Source: Chloroflexota bacterium
GTDB lineage: Bacteria; Chloroflexota; Anaerolineae; Promineifilales; Promineifilaceae
Reading direction: 5' to 3'
NCBI GenBank assembly: GCA_020628815.1
Contig: JAHDEN010000001.1
Location: 36,288-100,287 of the forward strand
DNA: 64,000 nt
The notes under the pieces are model-generated. The model saw nothing but the letters and a program-made list of their open reading frames with translations, did not search any database and was not told where the DNA came from. The position numbers and the translations under genes were made by a program. Below are positions 1 to 9,644 of this stretch, one piece after another (the stretch's first letter is position 1; every line of letters starts with the position of its first letter).

Positions 1-1
1 A

Positions 2-2380
2 ATGTGCTTTACGCCAAATGCAACACCAACTGCAGAAGCTGATTTATGGTTCAACACCATCGCGACAGCAGATGCGACAAACAGCTGTGCAAATGTTGAG
101 TTTGAGGCGGAAAGCGGCGCGATGTACGGATTTACCACGGTAGCAGATCCTTCTGCAAGCGGTGGTAGCTACGTCCATACAGAAAACGCAGGTATTTTCG
201 ATTATCCAGTGTCGTCCAGCCGAATGATTACCTACTCGGTTAACATTCCGGCAACCGGCACCTACCAAGTGTTTGGTGATGTTCAAGGGTTAAACGGCAA
301 AAGCGATTCGTTCTATTTCCAAATCGATAATGAATCACCCATTCCTTGGCACATCAAACCAAGCAACAGCTTCTATCAGTTTTATGTTGCAGACTTCGTT
401 AACGGCTGGCACAACTTGTCTTTAGAACTAGAGGCAGGCGAGCATATCGTAACCATCTACAATCGTGAAGATGGCAGCCGTTTAGACAAACTGACTTTTG
501 ACTGTATCGAAGCTCAAGAAACCCCAGGATCTGTATTAGCTAGCACAACAATCACATACACGTTGTTGGCACGTGGTGCCGGTTTTGACCATGCGCTTAT
601 GCACAATCTACCTTTTGCAGAAGGTGGTCAATACTCACTCACAACATACGATGGTGACGGAGTTCAGCTATCAGCTGTAGACGGTTTGTTTGATGAAAAC
701 CAGCCGATTGAGATCTTCGCATCTTCAAAAGTAGGATTGCCACCAATTGATTCGGGTGACGAATACAACACCCAAACCAACACCCGTGGTGATCAAGAGC
801 AGATGGTTAAAGGACACAGTGCGGTCTTAACCTTCTCGATCAACAGTCCAGAAAAGTATCTGCAAGATGACTTAACCGGATTTCCTTGGGACCTTTATCT
901 GCCTGTCCATGACACAGATCAAGAGATCCATCTGCAAATTCCAGGACACATGGAAAACAGCCAGATGGTTAACACCACCTTCGACGCGGGCTCGCCCATG
1001 GTTGGCTACAACCTGCCATTTGGCTTTGTATTTGAAGAAGAATGGACTTGGCCGCTAGAATTTGAAGGGATTTGGAAAGCATATCCAGACTTCGTTAAGT
1101 TTATGAGCACCGGGTTCAACCAAAAACAAGATTGGTATACGGCCGAAAACGCCTTTGGACCATTCTTGTGGAACAACCGCAACACGCGCCAGCCCTTGTT
1201 GCCACTAACCAATGAAGATGTTGAATCTCGTTACTTTGCCAGCCCAGTAGTTGCTGACATCGATGACGACAAGGTTCCTGAAGTCATTGTTGGTGATTTG
1301 ATTGGCAGCAAAGTGTCTGTCTTCGACCTCGGCCAAAAACTAATCTGGTCGGCCGAAACCGATGGTGGTATCCGGGCTGAAGTTGCTATCGAAGACATTG
1401 ACTTTGATGGAGATGTAGAACTACTTGTTGGCGATGAAAGTGGCAAGCTGTATGCATGGCATCACGACGGGACCCCTGTCGCTAACTTCCCAATCACCGT
1501 ATCTAGCGAGCGTTTGCTTTCAAGCCCAACTATCGCAGATATTAACGACGATGCTGAATACGATATCATCCAAGTTAGCTCTGACGGTAACATGTACGTG
1601 TACAAAGCAGATGGCACCTTGCAGTGGCAAGTAGCTTTAGCCGCAAATGCGGACAGCTTCGCCGCACAAGAGCGCAACGGACAAGCTGTAGTTGAAGATC
1701 TGAACGGTGACGGCGCACTCGAGATCGTTGTTCCATCAGCAGATGGCTCTGTCATGGCATTTGATGCGATGGGAGACCTAATCTGGACCTTTGGTGCAGA
1801 AGACAGCGTTTCATCAACCCCGATTGTAGCGAACTTTGACCCAGATCAACCTGGTTACGAAGTGATCTTCGGATCTGGTGACTCTTATTTGTATGTTTTG
1901 AATCAAGATGGCGAGTTAATCTGGAAACGGGCAACCGATTGGATTATTAGCTCAGCCCCTCTGCTTCACGACTTAGATTCAGACGGCTTCCCAGAAATTT
2001 TGGTAGGTGGAGAAGATCAGAAACTCCATGCATTCCACTTCTGGGCAGAGACTGTTGAAGGCTGGCCACAAGAGATTTATGGTGCGATCACTTCTGCTCC
2101 GGTAGCGGGTGACATCGACGCTGATGGCGAAGATGAAATCATGATCGGTGGTGAAGATGGTAAGCTTTACGCTTGGAACAGCGACGGATCTCCCGTCCCA
2201 TCATGGCCAAAACAGACGGGTGAATCATACAAAGGTGCTCCTGTCATCTTGAATGCTGACGACGATGCAGAAGAAGAAATCTTCGCGGCCGACTTTAGCG
2301 GCGCCCTGTTAACTTGGGGAATCGATGAAGAAGATCCAATCGTTATTTACAGAGCATATTTACCATCTGTTGAGCGGTAA
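2..2380 (+). CDS. Secreted FG-GAP/VCBS-repeat beta-propeller protein, C-terminal 792 aa (5' end lies outside the window); a CBM-like module followed by integrin-alpha-like repeats
   Basis: Open frame from the window edge to TAA. Repeated FG-GAP-type motifs (DIDDDKVPEVIVGD, DLNGDGALEIVV, DIDADGEDEIMIGG). The N-terminal 'FEAESGAMYGF..ASGGSYVH..DKLTF' segment resembles a CBM6/35-like sugar-binding module. Collinear and clearly similar by eye to the last ~790 aa of the next gene. Confidence 0.85.
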   Translation: MCFTPNATPTAEADLWFNTIATADATNSCANVEFEAESGAMYGFTTVADPSASGGSYVHTENAGIFDYPVSSSRMITYSVNIPATGTYQVFGDVQGLNGKSDSFYFQIDNESPIPWHIKPSNSFYQFYVADFVNGWHNLSLELEAGEHIVTIYNREDGSRLDKLTFDCIEAQETPGSVLASTTITYTLLARGAGFDHALMHNLPFAEGGQYSLTTYDGDGVQLSAVDGLFDENQPIEIFASSKVGLPPIDSGDEYNTQTNTRGDQEQMVKGHSAVLTFSINSPEKYLQDDLTGFPWDLYLPVHDTDQEIHLQIPGHMENSQMVNTTFDAGSPMVGYNLPFGFVFEEEWTWPLEFEGIWKAYPDFVKFMSTGFNQKQDWYTAENAFGPFLWNNRNTRQPLLPLTNEDVESRYFASPVVADIDDDKVPEVIVGDLIGSKVSVFDLGQKLIWSAETDGGIRAEVAIEDIDFDGDVELLVGDESGKLYAWHHDGTPVANFPITVSSERLLSSPTIADINDDAEYDIIQVSSDGNMYVYKADGTLQWQVALAANADSFAAQERNGQAVVEDLNGDGALEIVVPSADGSVMAFDAMGDLIWTFGAEDSVSSTPIVANFDPDQPGYEVIFGSGDSYLYVLNQDGELIWKRATDWIISSAPLLHDLDSDGFPEILVGGEDQKLHAFHFWAETVEGWPQEIYGAITSAPVAGDIDADGEDEIMIGGEDGKLYAWNSDGSPVPSWPKQTGESYKGAPVILNADDDAEEEIFAADFSGALLTWGIDEEDPIVIYRAYLPSVER

Positions 2381-2414
2381 ACACCGTTTTTAAGCAGATA
2401 ACATAGCAATCCAA

Positions 2415-2448
2415 GGGGATGGCGCACAACAAGCGCCGTCCCCTTTTT
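2415..2448 (+). terminator. Rho-independent terminator after the first giant-protein gene
   Basis: GGGGATGGCGC / loop ACAACAA / GCGCCGTCCCC, followed by TTTTT. Confidence 0.7.
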
Positions 2449-2950
2449 GCTTTAGCATCTCATTTAAGACAGAAGATTAAATACGCTCAAAGCGTACCCC
2501 GTGACTGTGTAAAAGTTCTTCACTCCCTACAGGTCAGTACAAACTCTCCATTGGATTACACCCTCAAACCATTTATGATTTTTCTGCAATAGACACGGCA
2601 CGCTCTAAGAATCACTTCTCTTTTCAGTGCTGTTTACCAATTTCCTACTAGGAACAATCGGGGACCCTGACGGGGCTAGATGTCAAAACCGTCAGAATTT
2701 TCGAAAGGTAATCTATTTAACATTCGCGGTGTTAGCAGAGCCTCTTTTGCTAGCGCCAATTTTTGGTCAGGTGATTCCACACCCAGCCAACCTATGCACA
2801 GCAGGTCATTACCTCTTAATTGCCTGAACATAAAGCTATCGTTGTTTAAGAAGGCAGCGAGTTCATCTCTAGCGATTTAGTTCAATTTATATATTGCGTC
2901 TACGTATGTTTTTCCATGTCTTGTGGGACGGCATCGGCGCAGGATGACTT

Positions 2951-5900
2951 ATGTTCTCAAAAAAATCAGCTTTTCTATTCATTTTTTCGCTTTTGATTTC
3001 AGCAACTGCGGTATTTGCCAACACATCGTTTGCAGATCCAAATGCTGGAACTTTGACCCTAACCCACGGGGTCGGAGATCAAGAGCCCCTATTAGGCGGA
3101 ACAGTCAGTTTCGACATTACTTTAGGGAACACTGGATCCGATCCGGTGACTGACAAAGGTTACAATGTAACTATCTCGAGTACCTTACCCGTTAGCGTCA
3201 CGTACGTTAGCGCAACAATAAGTCCAACTTACATTGAAGAACAAGCCGATGGATCAACATTGCTGTTTTGGGACAATATTGCGGACTTAGAGGTAAACGA
3301 AGAATTGGGTCTATCTATCACAGGGTCGCTTAGCCCAGATATTACAATCGCAGATACGATCACAAACACTGTTTTGGCTAGCTTCAACAATGCGCCTGAC
3401 AACAGTCTGGCATGGCAAGAAGTTACCTCTCAGGTTTTAGCTTTACCACAAGCGATCGACATCGAGACAGTTGCGATTCAGTCAACGGCCGATGAGCAAG
3501 CAACCGGTGCGGGAGAATACGATGGGAGTGCAGACTGGCCTTACCAATACAAAGCGACGATTAAAAATAATAATGTGGGGTCCACAGAAGATGTAGTGGC
3601 GACGGTTATTTTACCGGCCGGTGTTGCGTACTTGGGCGATGTTTCAATCAGCCCAAATCCAAACAACAGCTCAACCACGCCAGACATCTCATTAAACGAA
3701 GATGGATCACTAACTTTAGAATGGGATCTTGGCACGTTGACTACAGCTCAATATGCCACTCCTGTAGAGATTTTGTTCGATGTGGCTATTCCACACAACT
3801 TCCGCACCAGCGATGATTTTCTAGCTCTTGCAGGTCCTTTTGCGGGACCAATGAGCGGTGGGATCATTCCTGAAGATCAAGTGATGGAAGTAACCTATGA
3901 AGCGACAGGTATGTACGATTCAGCCTCAACGGCCGATGGAACCACATCTACCCCAGATGATGACGCACCCGTTATCGTGATTGCTGAATATTTAACTATT
4001 TCAAAATCCGCTTCGCCAACCGTTGTAGGCATCGGTGACACCGTCACATTTAATATCGACTATTTTGTCTCTGAATACTACACAACAACCAGCGTGGTCA
4101 TCACAGACATCTTGCCTGATGGAATGACGTTTGTAAGCTCATCACTCTTCCCAAGCAGCATCACAGAAGATTCTCCGGGAGCGGGCCAAACAACCATCGT
4201 CTTTGATATTCCTACGCCTAATACCATTCCGGGATCAAGCGGAACAATTGAAATTACCGCAACGGTAGACGAAACCTATGAGCGTGCACCTTATGCAGGC
4301 CAACCGATTGTTTCGGCCGACAGCCTGACCAATCAGTCAACCCTTGGCAACGATTGGGAAGACATTGTGGTTGAGGACCGATCAGACGCTGGGATTCCTG
4401 ACCAGTCAAACGCAACTGTCACAACTAGAAAACCAACCCTAACCAAAGATGTAAAAGATCCTGTAACCGGTTTATGGGGTGATGAGAGCTACGGATTTAC
4501 CGGCGACACAATTTATTTCAGAATCAACTTTGCCCAAGCGGCCGATGTTGATGGCAAAGAAGTTGTTATTCGAGATTTCTTGCCACGCGGCATGACCTTT
4601 GTTGGCTCAACGGACACTTACACCTCAAGTGGCACATTTACGAGCGCAGGCAGCTGTACAACCAACGTCAGCTCTCCTACGATTGGTGATCTAAATGGTT
4701 TGCAATATCTAGAATGGAGATTGTGCGATGTTGACCAAGGCAGCACTTGGGAAACGCAATTTGGTGCGATCTTAGGCGATATGCCAGACGTTCAACCCAA
4801 CTGGATCGTCGGTAACTTCGGAAAATTAAGCTTCCAAAATACATATGGAGATGGGTTCAGCGAACGGGACTTTGCAACGGTTGATTACCGTGCACCGGAT
4901 CTAGTTTTAACTAAATCATCGACCCCAAGCAGCTCATTAAACGGCGGCGATGCGGTTGCGTATACGATTACGGTAGAAAACCAAGGTGACGCCACGGCGT
5001 ACAACTTGAATCTGCTCGACATTTTGCCCGAGTGGCTGATTGTTTCAGCCAGCGGTGGCTCAGCCACACCTGCCAGCAGCAGCTTCACGGCCGACACAGG
5101 CGCTCAGGCTGGAAATGGTGGCACGGCAACTTGGTCACAAATCGCGAGTCTAGCGGTGGGTGAAAGCCAAACGTTTACATACAACGCCACGGTTAAAAAC
5201 GGTGTGATTCCGGGTGAAGCACTCACCAACATTGCGTCAGTGGCTTACAACAGCCGCAGCGACAATACAGGACACGCATGGACCCATTCCAGCGACCCTG
5301 AAGACAATCACACGGCCGACAACACCGTGTACGTTGAAGGTTTAACGATCACCAAATCGTTTGAACCAAACAACGTCACCATCGGTGATATTGTGACATG
5401 GACCTTAGATGTAAATGTTCCAGCAAACGTGCATGCACACTTCCCTGTGGTTGAAGAAAACAATTTGCCACAAGGGTTCGACTATGTTGCAAACAGCACC
5501 GTCATCAACAATGCCACATTATCAACGGCTCATGCTCAAAATCCATTGGATGATGGGTATCGCGACCTGCGTTGGTTCGTTGATTCAATTGACAACTCTT
5601 CCAGCGGGACTGTGCGCCAATTTTCAATTGAATTCCAGACACTGTTTACAGGGGTTCAAGGCACAAACACCGCCAACGAATTCCACATAGATAACTGTAA
5701 AAATTACAATAAGACCAATACGGCCTATGTAGGTTGGTATGGCACCTCTAATGGGTTTAGTGGTGGTCAAGCAGAAGATAGCATTAGCACATCTTATGAC
5801 TACAAAAGCCCTAAAGGAACAGCAAAAATCAAGCTGCAACAACCTTGTTTGAACATTGCCAAATCGGCCCAATACTCAAGCGTTGGTTCGGACGGCCAGT

Positions 5901-8900
5901 TCTACTACGAAATTGTTATTTCAAACAGTGGTGACAAACCGGCATTTGACGTAGAAATTTCAGACACGTTGCCAGCAGGCATCACGTATAACAGCACAAA
6001 TCCGGTTACGTTTGACCCGGCTCCAACAGATACGGGTACAACCCTAACAAATTCAGTTGGTGACACAGAGATTGAATTTACAATCAACGAAATCCCGGCC
6101 GACGGCACCGCCACAATTCGGTATTTCGTGAATACAGATCCGAAATTGTCAGCCTCGCTTGACCTAGTCAACACAGCCACCATTACCGAGTATTCAACCC
6201 AGCCAGGAACCCCGGCGGATACCAACAGTGATGGCTTGAACGATGAGCGGGTTTATTCGGGCCCAACCGCAACCGCGGCAATCCGAACCTATAACATTTC
6301 TATCAAGAAAGAATCAGATGCGCCTGAAGAATTCACCTATGGTTCAACGATCGTTTATACGTTAACCGTTCCAATGAATCCGATCAAAGCGTATATGTAT
6401 GATGTGGTTATTTCGGACCCATTGCCAGAAGGACTCGAGCCGGTCAGCACATCGGCCGGATCTTTTGACGGTAACACCTTAACCGCCACGTTTGCAGAAA
6501 TTGGTGAACTTCAGCAAGAAGTTATCGTCATCGAAGCACGTGTTCCTGCAGATAGTTCGCTACAAGACGGAGCGATCGTTAGCAACGCAGCATCTGTCAC
6601 AACAGACCAAGATTCAGCAGCCAGCAACACCACAACCGACAACTTTAGCGCACCCGCTCTGGTTGTAGACAAAGTGAGTGATCTGTTTGTTGTCTCTGAA
6701 GGGGACACGGTTGAATACACCATTACCCTGAAAAATGTTGGTACTGGCACAGCGTACAACATTGATTTAAGCGACATTTTACCCGCCAACCAAAGCTATT
6801 TGAATAGCGAAGACGGCAGTTGGACTATTGCTGAATTGGCTGGAAACAGCGAGCAAACGTTCACCTTCTCGACAAACGTAGACTACATCGTTCAAGGTGT
6901 GGGCTACACCAACAGCGCATACGCAGTTGGTGAAGATGCAGAAGGTGGCGCGATCCTGAGTGACAGCAGCAGCCGAGTACCGGCCGATGATGATCCACTT
7001 GATTTGGGTCAGGCAACGATTTATGGTGGCCCGCTCGAATGTAATTCTGAAATCAAAAACGTTGCGTTTGAAGACCTAAAAAATACCGGTTGGAGTGACT
7101 GGGATTACAACGACCTGATCGTAAAAATCGAGACTGAGTTGTGTTTCACCCCATCATCCAGAACACCAGTTGAATTAACCCAAGTTAATGCGTGTGAAAA
7201 TGTTTCTATCGAAGCTGAAAACGGCATCTTAAGTGGCTTCACGGTCATCAATGATGCGGCAGCTAGCGGCGGTTCATACATTCATATGCCTGACACAGAA
7301 GGTGAGTTTGACCCGGCCGATCCGGACGCAGCCACAAGCGCGACCTTCACATTTAACGTCAGCGTACCTGGCTCATACAAATTCACCGGTATCGCAGAAG
7401 GCACAAGCTTCTTTGCAGACTCGTTCTGGTTTGCGATTGATGACGAAGCACCTATCCAATGGGCAGTTCCACGTGATCAAGGCTTAACCGAAGTTGATGT
7501 AGCCGACTACGTGAACGACATTGATCCATACTCTGTTGATTTAGCCCCAGGCGATCACACCGTAACGATTTATAACCGCGAAGACGGCGCACGTTTAGAC
7601 AAACTAACCATGGTTTGCCAAGGCGTCTCTGAAACGTATGTACCTAACACATTGGCCACGGTAAACATTACCTACACGGCCGGTGCGCGCGGTGCTCACT
7701 TTAACCACACCTTGAAACATGATCTAGATGTTTCGGGCAGCGGCCAATCTCACTGGCAGCTATTTGACTCAAGCAACAATGTGTTGCAAAACGAACGTGG
7801 CAACTTTGGTAGTGAAGCAGACTTTGTGATCATTCCAGACACCCACGAGGCGCTACCACCGTATCATGCAGATGATAACGAGCGCCAAACAAACACACGC
7901 AAAGACCAACCTGAATATACAAAAGGGTATTGGGCCACTTTATCAGTCTCCTTGAACGATGCATCGATAAACCCGTTAGACGGGTTGCAGCAGCTACCTT
8001 GGGACGTGTATTTACCAGTTGAAGATACCGGCGAAGAAGTGCATTTGCTCGTTCCTGGTCACTTAGACAACCTACAGGTTGTTTCAGCCAGCTACGATGG
8101 GAATATCGGCTCGCCGCTGTTAGGGCAAAGCCTGCCGCTTGGATTCTCATTTGAAGAAAGCTGGCATTGGCCAACTGAATTCTCAGGAGTTTGGAAAGCA
8201 TATCCTGACTTCGTTGATTTTATCGAATCGGGCAGATCAGAATCATTGCAATGGTACGAACTAGAGAAATCGATCGACTGGTTTATCTGGGAAACCCATT
8301 TAGGTTCAGATGTTCCATTTGATGTTTTGGCCGAGCAGGTAACCAGCCGGTACCAAGGCAGCCCGATTGTGGCAGACCTTGATCTTGACGGAAACAACGA
8401 GATCATCGTTGGTGACTTAATCGGGAACGAAGTTGCTGTGTTCACAGGTGGACAATCTGTGGTCTGGAAAGCGGCTACCAACGGTGGTATCCGTGGCTCA
8501 GCAGCGGCCGGCAATCTGGATGATGACAATGAGCTAGAGGTTATCGCCCTAGCAGAAGACGGCATGCTTTACGGCTGGAACCATGACGGTTCAGTCCTTG
8601 ATGGATATCCGATCCAAATCATCGACGGCCGGTTGTTATCGTCACCCATCATTGTTGACCTTGAAGATGACGCCTCAAACGACATCTTGATCTCTGCATC
8701 AAACGGCCGGTTGTACGCCCGTAATGCAGACGGTAGCGCCAAATGGAACTCAAGCATCGGCGATATTGTAGATGCGTTTGGTAGCCAAAGCCTGAACAGC
8801 TCACCCGCTTATGGGGACTTAGACGGCGATGGTGACCTTGAAGTTGTGGTTGGCTCATACGACAAATGTATGTACGCCTTCGACCATTTAGGAACTGAAC

Positions 8901-9490
8901 TTTGGAAATTCTGCACAGACGACATCATCGTCTCGACACCGATCATCGCTGAATTCGCTCTTGACTCATCAGGAGACGAGGTCATCTTCGGCTCGGGCGA
9001 CCAGTATATTTATGTCATCAAGAAAGATGGCTCAATCTACTGGAAACGTGAAACCGGCTGGATCGTTCAAGGCTCCCCTATTGTCGAAGACATTAATGGA
9101 GATGGATTTGCCGATGTACTGATCGGAAGTGATGACGACAAGCTACACGCCAAAGACTTTGACGGTAGAGACATTCCAGGTTGGCCACGTGCGACCTCGG
9201 GTGACATTGTCGGCAAAGCCAGCATTGGTGACATCGACGGCGACGGCGAAGATGAAATTCTAGTGGGAAGTAGCGACGCTAACATCTACGCCTTTGAGAA
9301 AGATGGCTCGGCCGTATCAGGCGACTGGCCACAAGCTACCGACGCATCTATTAAAGGGGCGACCGTCATCGCAAATATGGATGACGACCCTGCTCTAGAA
9401 GTAGTTGCCACAGACTTTACCGGTAATTTGTATGTAATCGGCGCAGATCGTGATTTAATCAAGATTTTCTTGCCGGTCATCACCCGTTAG
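2951..9490 (+). CDS. Giant secreted surface protein (2179 aa): signal peptide, ~9 DUF11-type conserved repeat domains, DUF4114-like motif, CBM-like module, C-terminal FG-GAP beta-propeller
   Basis: N-terminal signal peptide MFSKKSAFLFIFSLLISATAVFANTSFA. Repeated 'TYTITVxNxG...A.N..l.D.LP.G' units (e.g. VAYTITVENQGDATAYNLNLLDILPEWL, VEYTITLKNVGTGTAYNIDLSDILPANQSY). WSDWDYNDLIVKIE (DUF4114 signature). FG-GAP motifs DLDGDGDLEVVVGS, DINGDGFADVLIGS, DIDGDGEDEILVGS. Confidence 0.9.
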   Translation: MFSKKSAFLFIFSLLISATAVFANTSFADPNAGTLTLTHGVGDQEPLLGGTVSFDITLGNTGSDPVTDKGYNVTISSTLPVSVTYVSATISPTYIEEQADGSTLLFWDNIADLEVNEELGLSITGSLSPDITIADTITNTVLASFNNAPDNSLAWQEVTSQVLALPQAIDIETVAIQSTADEQATGAGEYDGSADWPYQYKATIKNNNVGSTEDVVATVILPAGVAYLGDVSISPNPNNSSTTPDISLNEDGSLTLEWDLGTLTTAQYATPVEILFDVAIPHNFRTSDDFLALAGPFAGPMSGGIIPEDQVMEVTYEATGMYDSASTADGTTSTPDDDAPVIVIAEYLTISKSASPTVVGIGDTVTFNIDYFVSEYYTTTSVVITDILPDGMTFVSSSLFPSSITEDSPGAGQTTIVFDIPTPNTIPGSSGTIEITATVDETYERAPYAGQPIVSADSLTNQSTLGNDWEDIVVEDRSDAGIPDQSNATVTTRKPTLTKDVKDPVTGLWGDESYGFTGDTIYFRINFAQAADVDGKEVVIRDFLPRGMTFVGSTDTYTSSGTFTSAGSCTTNVSSPTIGDLNGLQYLEWRLCDVDQGSTWETQFGAILGDMPDVQPNWIVGNFGKLSFQNTYGDGFSERDFATVDYRAPDLVLTKSSTPSSSLNGGDAVAYTITVENQGDATAYNLNLLDILPEWLIVSASGGSATPASSSFTADTGAQAGNGGTATWSQIASLAVGESQTFTYNATVKNGVIPGEALTNIASVAYNSRSDNTGHAWTHSSDPEDNHTADNTVYVEGLTITKSFEPNNVTIGDIVTWTLDVNVPANVHAHFPVVEENNLPQGFDYVANSTVINNATLSTAHAQNPLDDGYRDLRWFVDSIDNSSSGTVRQFSIEFQTLFTGVQGTNTANEFHIDNCKNYNKTNTAYVGWYGTSNGFSGGQAEDSISTSYDYKSPKGTAKIKLQQPCLNIAKSAQYSSVGSDGQFYYEIVISNSGDKPAFDVEISDTLPAGITYNSTNPVTFDPAPTDTGTTLTNSVGDTEIEFTINEIPADGTATIRYFVNTDPKLSASLDLVNTATITEYSTQPGTPADTNSDGLNDERVYSGPTATAAIRTYNISIKKESDAPEEFTYGSTIVYTLTVPMNPIKAYMYDVVISDPLPEGLEPVSTSAGSFDGNTLTATFAEIGELQQEVIVIEARVPADSSLQDGAIVSNAASVTTDQDSAASNTTTDNFSAPALVVDKVSDLFVVSEGDTVEYTITLKNVGTGTAYNIDLSDILPANQSYLNSEDGSWTIAELAGNSEQTFTFSTNVDYIVQGVGYTNSAYAVGEDAEGGAILSDSSSRVPADDDPLDLGQATIYGGPLECNSEIKNVAFEDLKNTGWSDWDYNDLIVKIETELCFTPSSRTPVELTQVNACENVSIEAENGILSGFTVINDAAASGGSYIHMPDTEGEFDPADPDAATSATFTFNVSVPGSYKFTGIAEGTSFFADSFWFAIDDEAPIQWAVPRDQGLTEVDVADYVNDIDPYSVDLAPGDHTVTIYNREDGARLDKLTMVCQGVSETYVPNTLATVNITYTAGARGAHFNHTLKHDLDVSGSGQSHWQLFDSSNNVLQNERGNFGSEADFVIIPDTHEALPPYHADDNERQTNTRKDQPEYTKGYWATLSVSLNDASINPLDGLQQLPWDVYLPVEDTGEEVHLLVPGHLDNLQVVSASYDGNIGSPLLGQSLPLGFSFEESWHWPTEFSGVWKAYPDFVDFIESGRSESLQWYELEKSIDWFIWETHLGSDVPFDVLAEQVTSRYQGSPIVADLDLDGNNEIIVGDLIGNEVAVFTGGQSVVWKAATNGGIRGSAAAGNLDDDNELEVIALAEDGMLYGWNHDGSVLDGYPIQIIDGRLLSSPIIVDLEDDASNDILISASNGRLYARNADGSAKWNSSIGDIVDAFGSQSLNSSPAYGDLDGDGDLEVVVGSYDKCMYAFDHLGTELWKFCTDDIIVSTPIIAEFALDSSGDEVIFGSGDQYIYVIKKDGSIYWKRETGWIVQGSPIVEDINGDGFADVLIGSDDDKLHAKDFDGRDIPGWPRATSGDIVGKASIGDIDGDGEDEILVGSSDANIYAFEKDGSAVSGDWPQATDASIKGATVIANMDDDPALEVVATDFTGNLYVIGADRDLIKIFLPVITR

Positions 9491-9500
9491 ACAGAAAAAT

Positions 9501-9540
9501 GAGATCAAAGTCGGATACCCTCCGGCTTTGATCTCTGCTT
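9501..9540 (+). terminator. Probable terminator hairpin after the giant gene
   Basis: GAGATCAAAGTCGG / loop ATACCCT / CCGGCTTTGATCTC (one G-T pair). The T-run is weak (TGCTT). Confidence 0.5.
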
Positions 9541-9644
9541 AAATACCATAGTGAAAGGAGCGTAAATCGCAAAATTTTATAAAAATCGTTCAAACTTAAG
9601 CACCGCCCAAACAAGCGGCTGCATTTAAACAAAAAAGTCGACCT

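Noticed and set aside
8092-8565. 157-aa minus-strand ORF inside the giant gene, and many similar 60-130-aa antisense or off-frame ORFs inside long genes (e.g. 1462-1755, 5905-6225, 17878-18219, 21207-21542, 40113-40517)
   Set aside because: All are embedded in long ORFs that have strong domain evidence on the other strand or frame. They have no motifs and a biased composition typical of shadow frames.
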